DNA of 50,358 nucleotides from Octopus bimaculoides (taxonomy: Eukaryota): assembly GCF_001194135.2 (NCBI RefSeq), contig NC_068981.1, forward strand, positions 151,839,006-151,889,363. Direction: 5' to 3'. Position 1 is the first letter of the stretch. Every line of letters begins with the position of its first letter. The notes beneath the pieces are model-generated. The model had not been told where the DNA came from. It saw only the letters and a list, made by a program, of their open reading frames with translations, and did not search any database. This document shows, piece after piece, positions 49,880 through 50,358 of the stretch. The position numbers and the translations under genes are program-made.

Positions 49880-50100
49880 ATACATCATCATCATCATATA
49901 GCATCCCTTTTCCATGCTGGCATGGTTTAAACAGTTTGACTGGAACTGGTAAGCCAGAAAGCTGTACAAGGCTCCAGTCTGGTTTGCTTTGGTTTCCATG
50001 GCTGGCTGCCTTTCCTAATGCCAACCACTCCAAGAATGTAGTGGGTGCCTTACACATGTCACCAACGCAGGTGTCTTTTATGTCACCAGCACAAGTGCCT
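49880..50100 (-). mobile_element. (GAT)n-tail SINE 3' end
   Basis: catcatcatcat...tttccatgctggcatgg...tgcctttcctaatgccaaccactcc, same family as 5144-5307. Confidence 0.75.
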
Positions 50101-50358
50101 TACTCACATGTGCACACACACACACACACACACACACATTCTTTTGTTCTTTTACACATTTCAGTCATTTGATTGTGGCCATGCTGGAGCACCACCTTAA
50201 AAGGTTTTGGTCAAAGAAATCGACCTCAGGTCTTATTCTATTGGTCTCTTTTGCCAAACTGCTAAGTTACAGAGACATAAACACACGACCATTGGTTGTC
50301 AAGCAATGGGCGAGGGGGAATGTGAGGAGGGGGAGGAGGAGAGGAGGAGGAGGAGAGG

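Overview
AT-rich, microsatellite- and SINE-dense eukaryotic genomic DNA with five N gaps. The repeat families and style point to an octopod cephalopod; this is inference, not a database result. The backbone is an internal segment of one large intron-rich gene on the minus strand. Nine exons can be spliced by hand with GT/AG boundaries into an open 2037-nt (679-codon) frame: linker - FN3 - linker - FN3 - linker - FN3 - linker - Ig - Ig. This is a titin/obscurin(UNC-89)-type intracellular Ig/FN3 protein whose start and stop lie outside the window. Every exon is phase 1-1, and three short linker exons are absent from the ORF track. The introns hold an RTE-clade LINE RT fragment, two dead mariner transposons, several tRNA-derived SINE families, a nest of R4/Dong-like (REL endonuclease) LINE fragments in (TAA)n tracts, and several hairpins. 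Two items stand out. One is an 840-bp foldback element with 27-bp TIRs, a candidate 6-bp TSD and head-to-head (TTAGGG)n arrays. The other is a minimal type I hammerhead-ribozyme-like fold (U4C core variant) in a Penelope-like remnant, on the sense strand of the host pre-mRNA and overlapped by a perfect 40-bp inverted repeat. No CRISPR array, rRNA or bona fide tRNA gene is supported.
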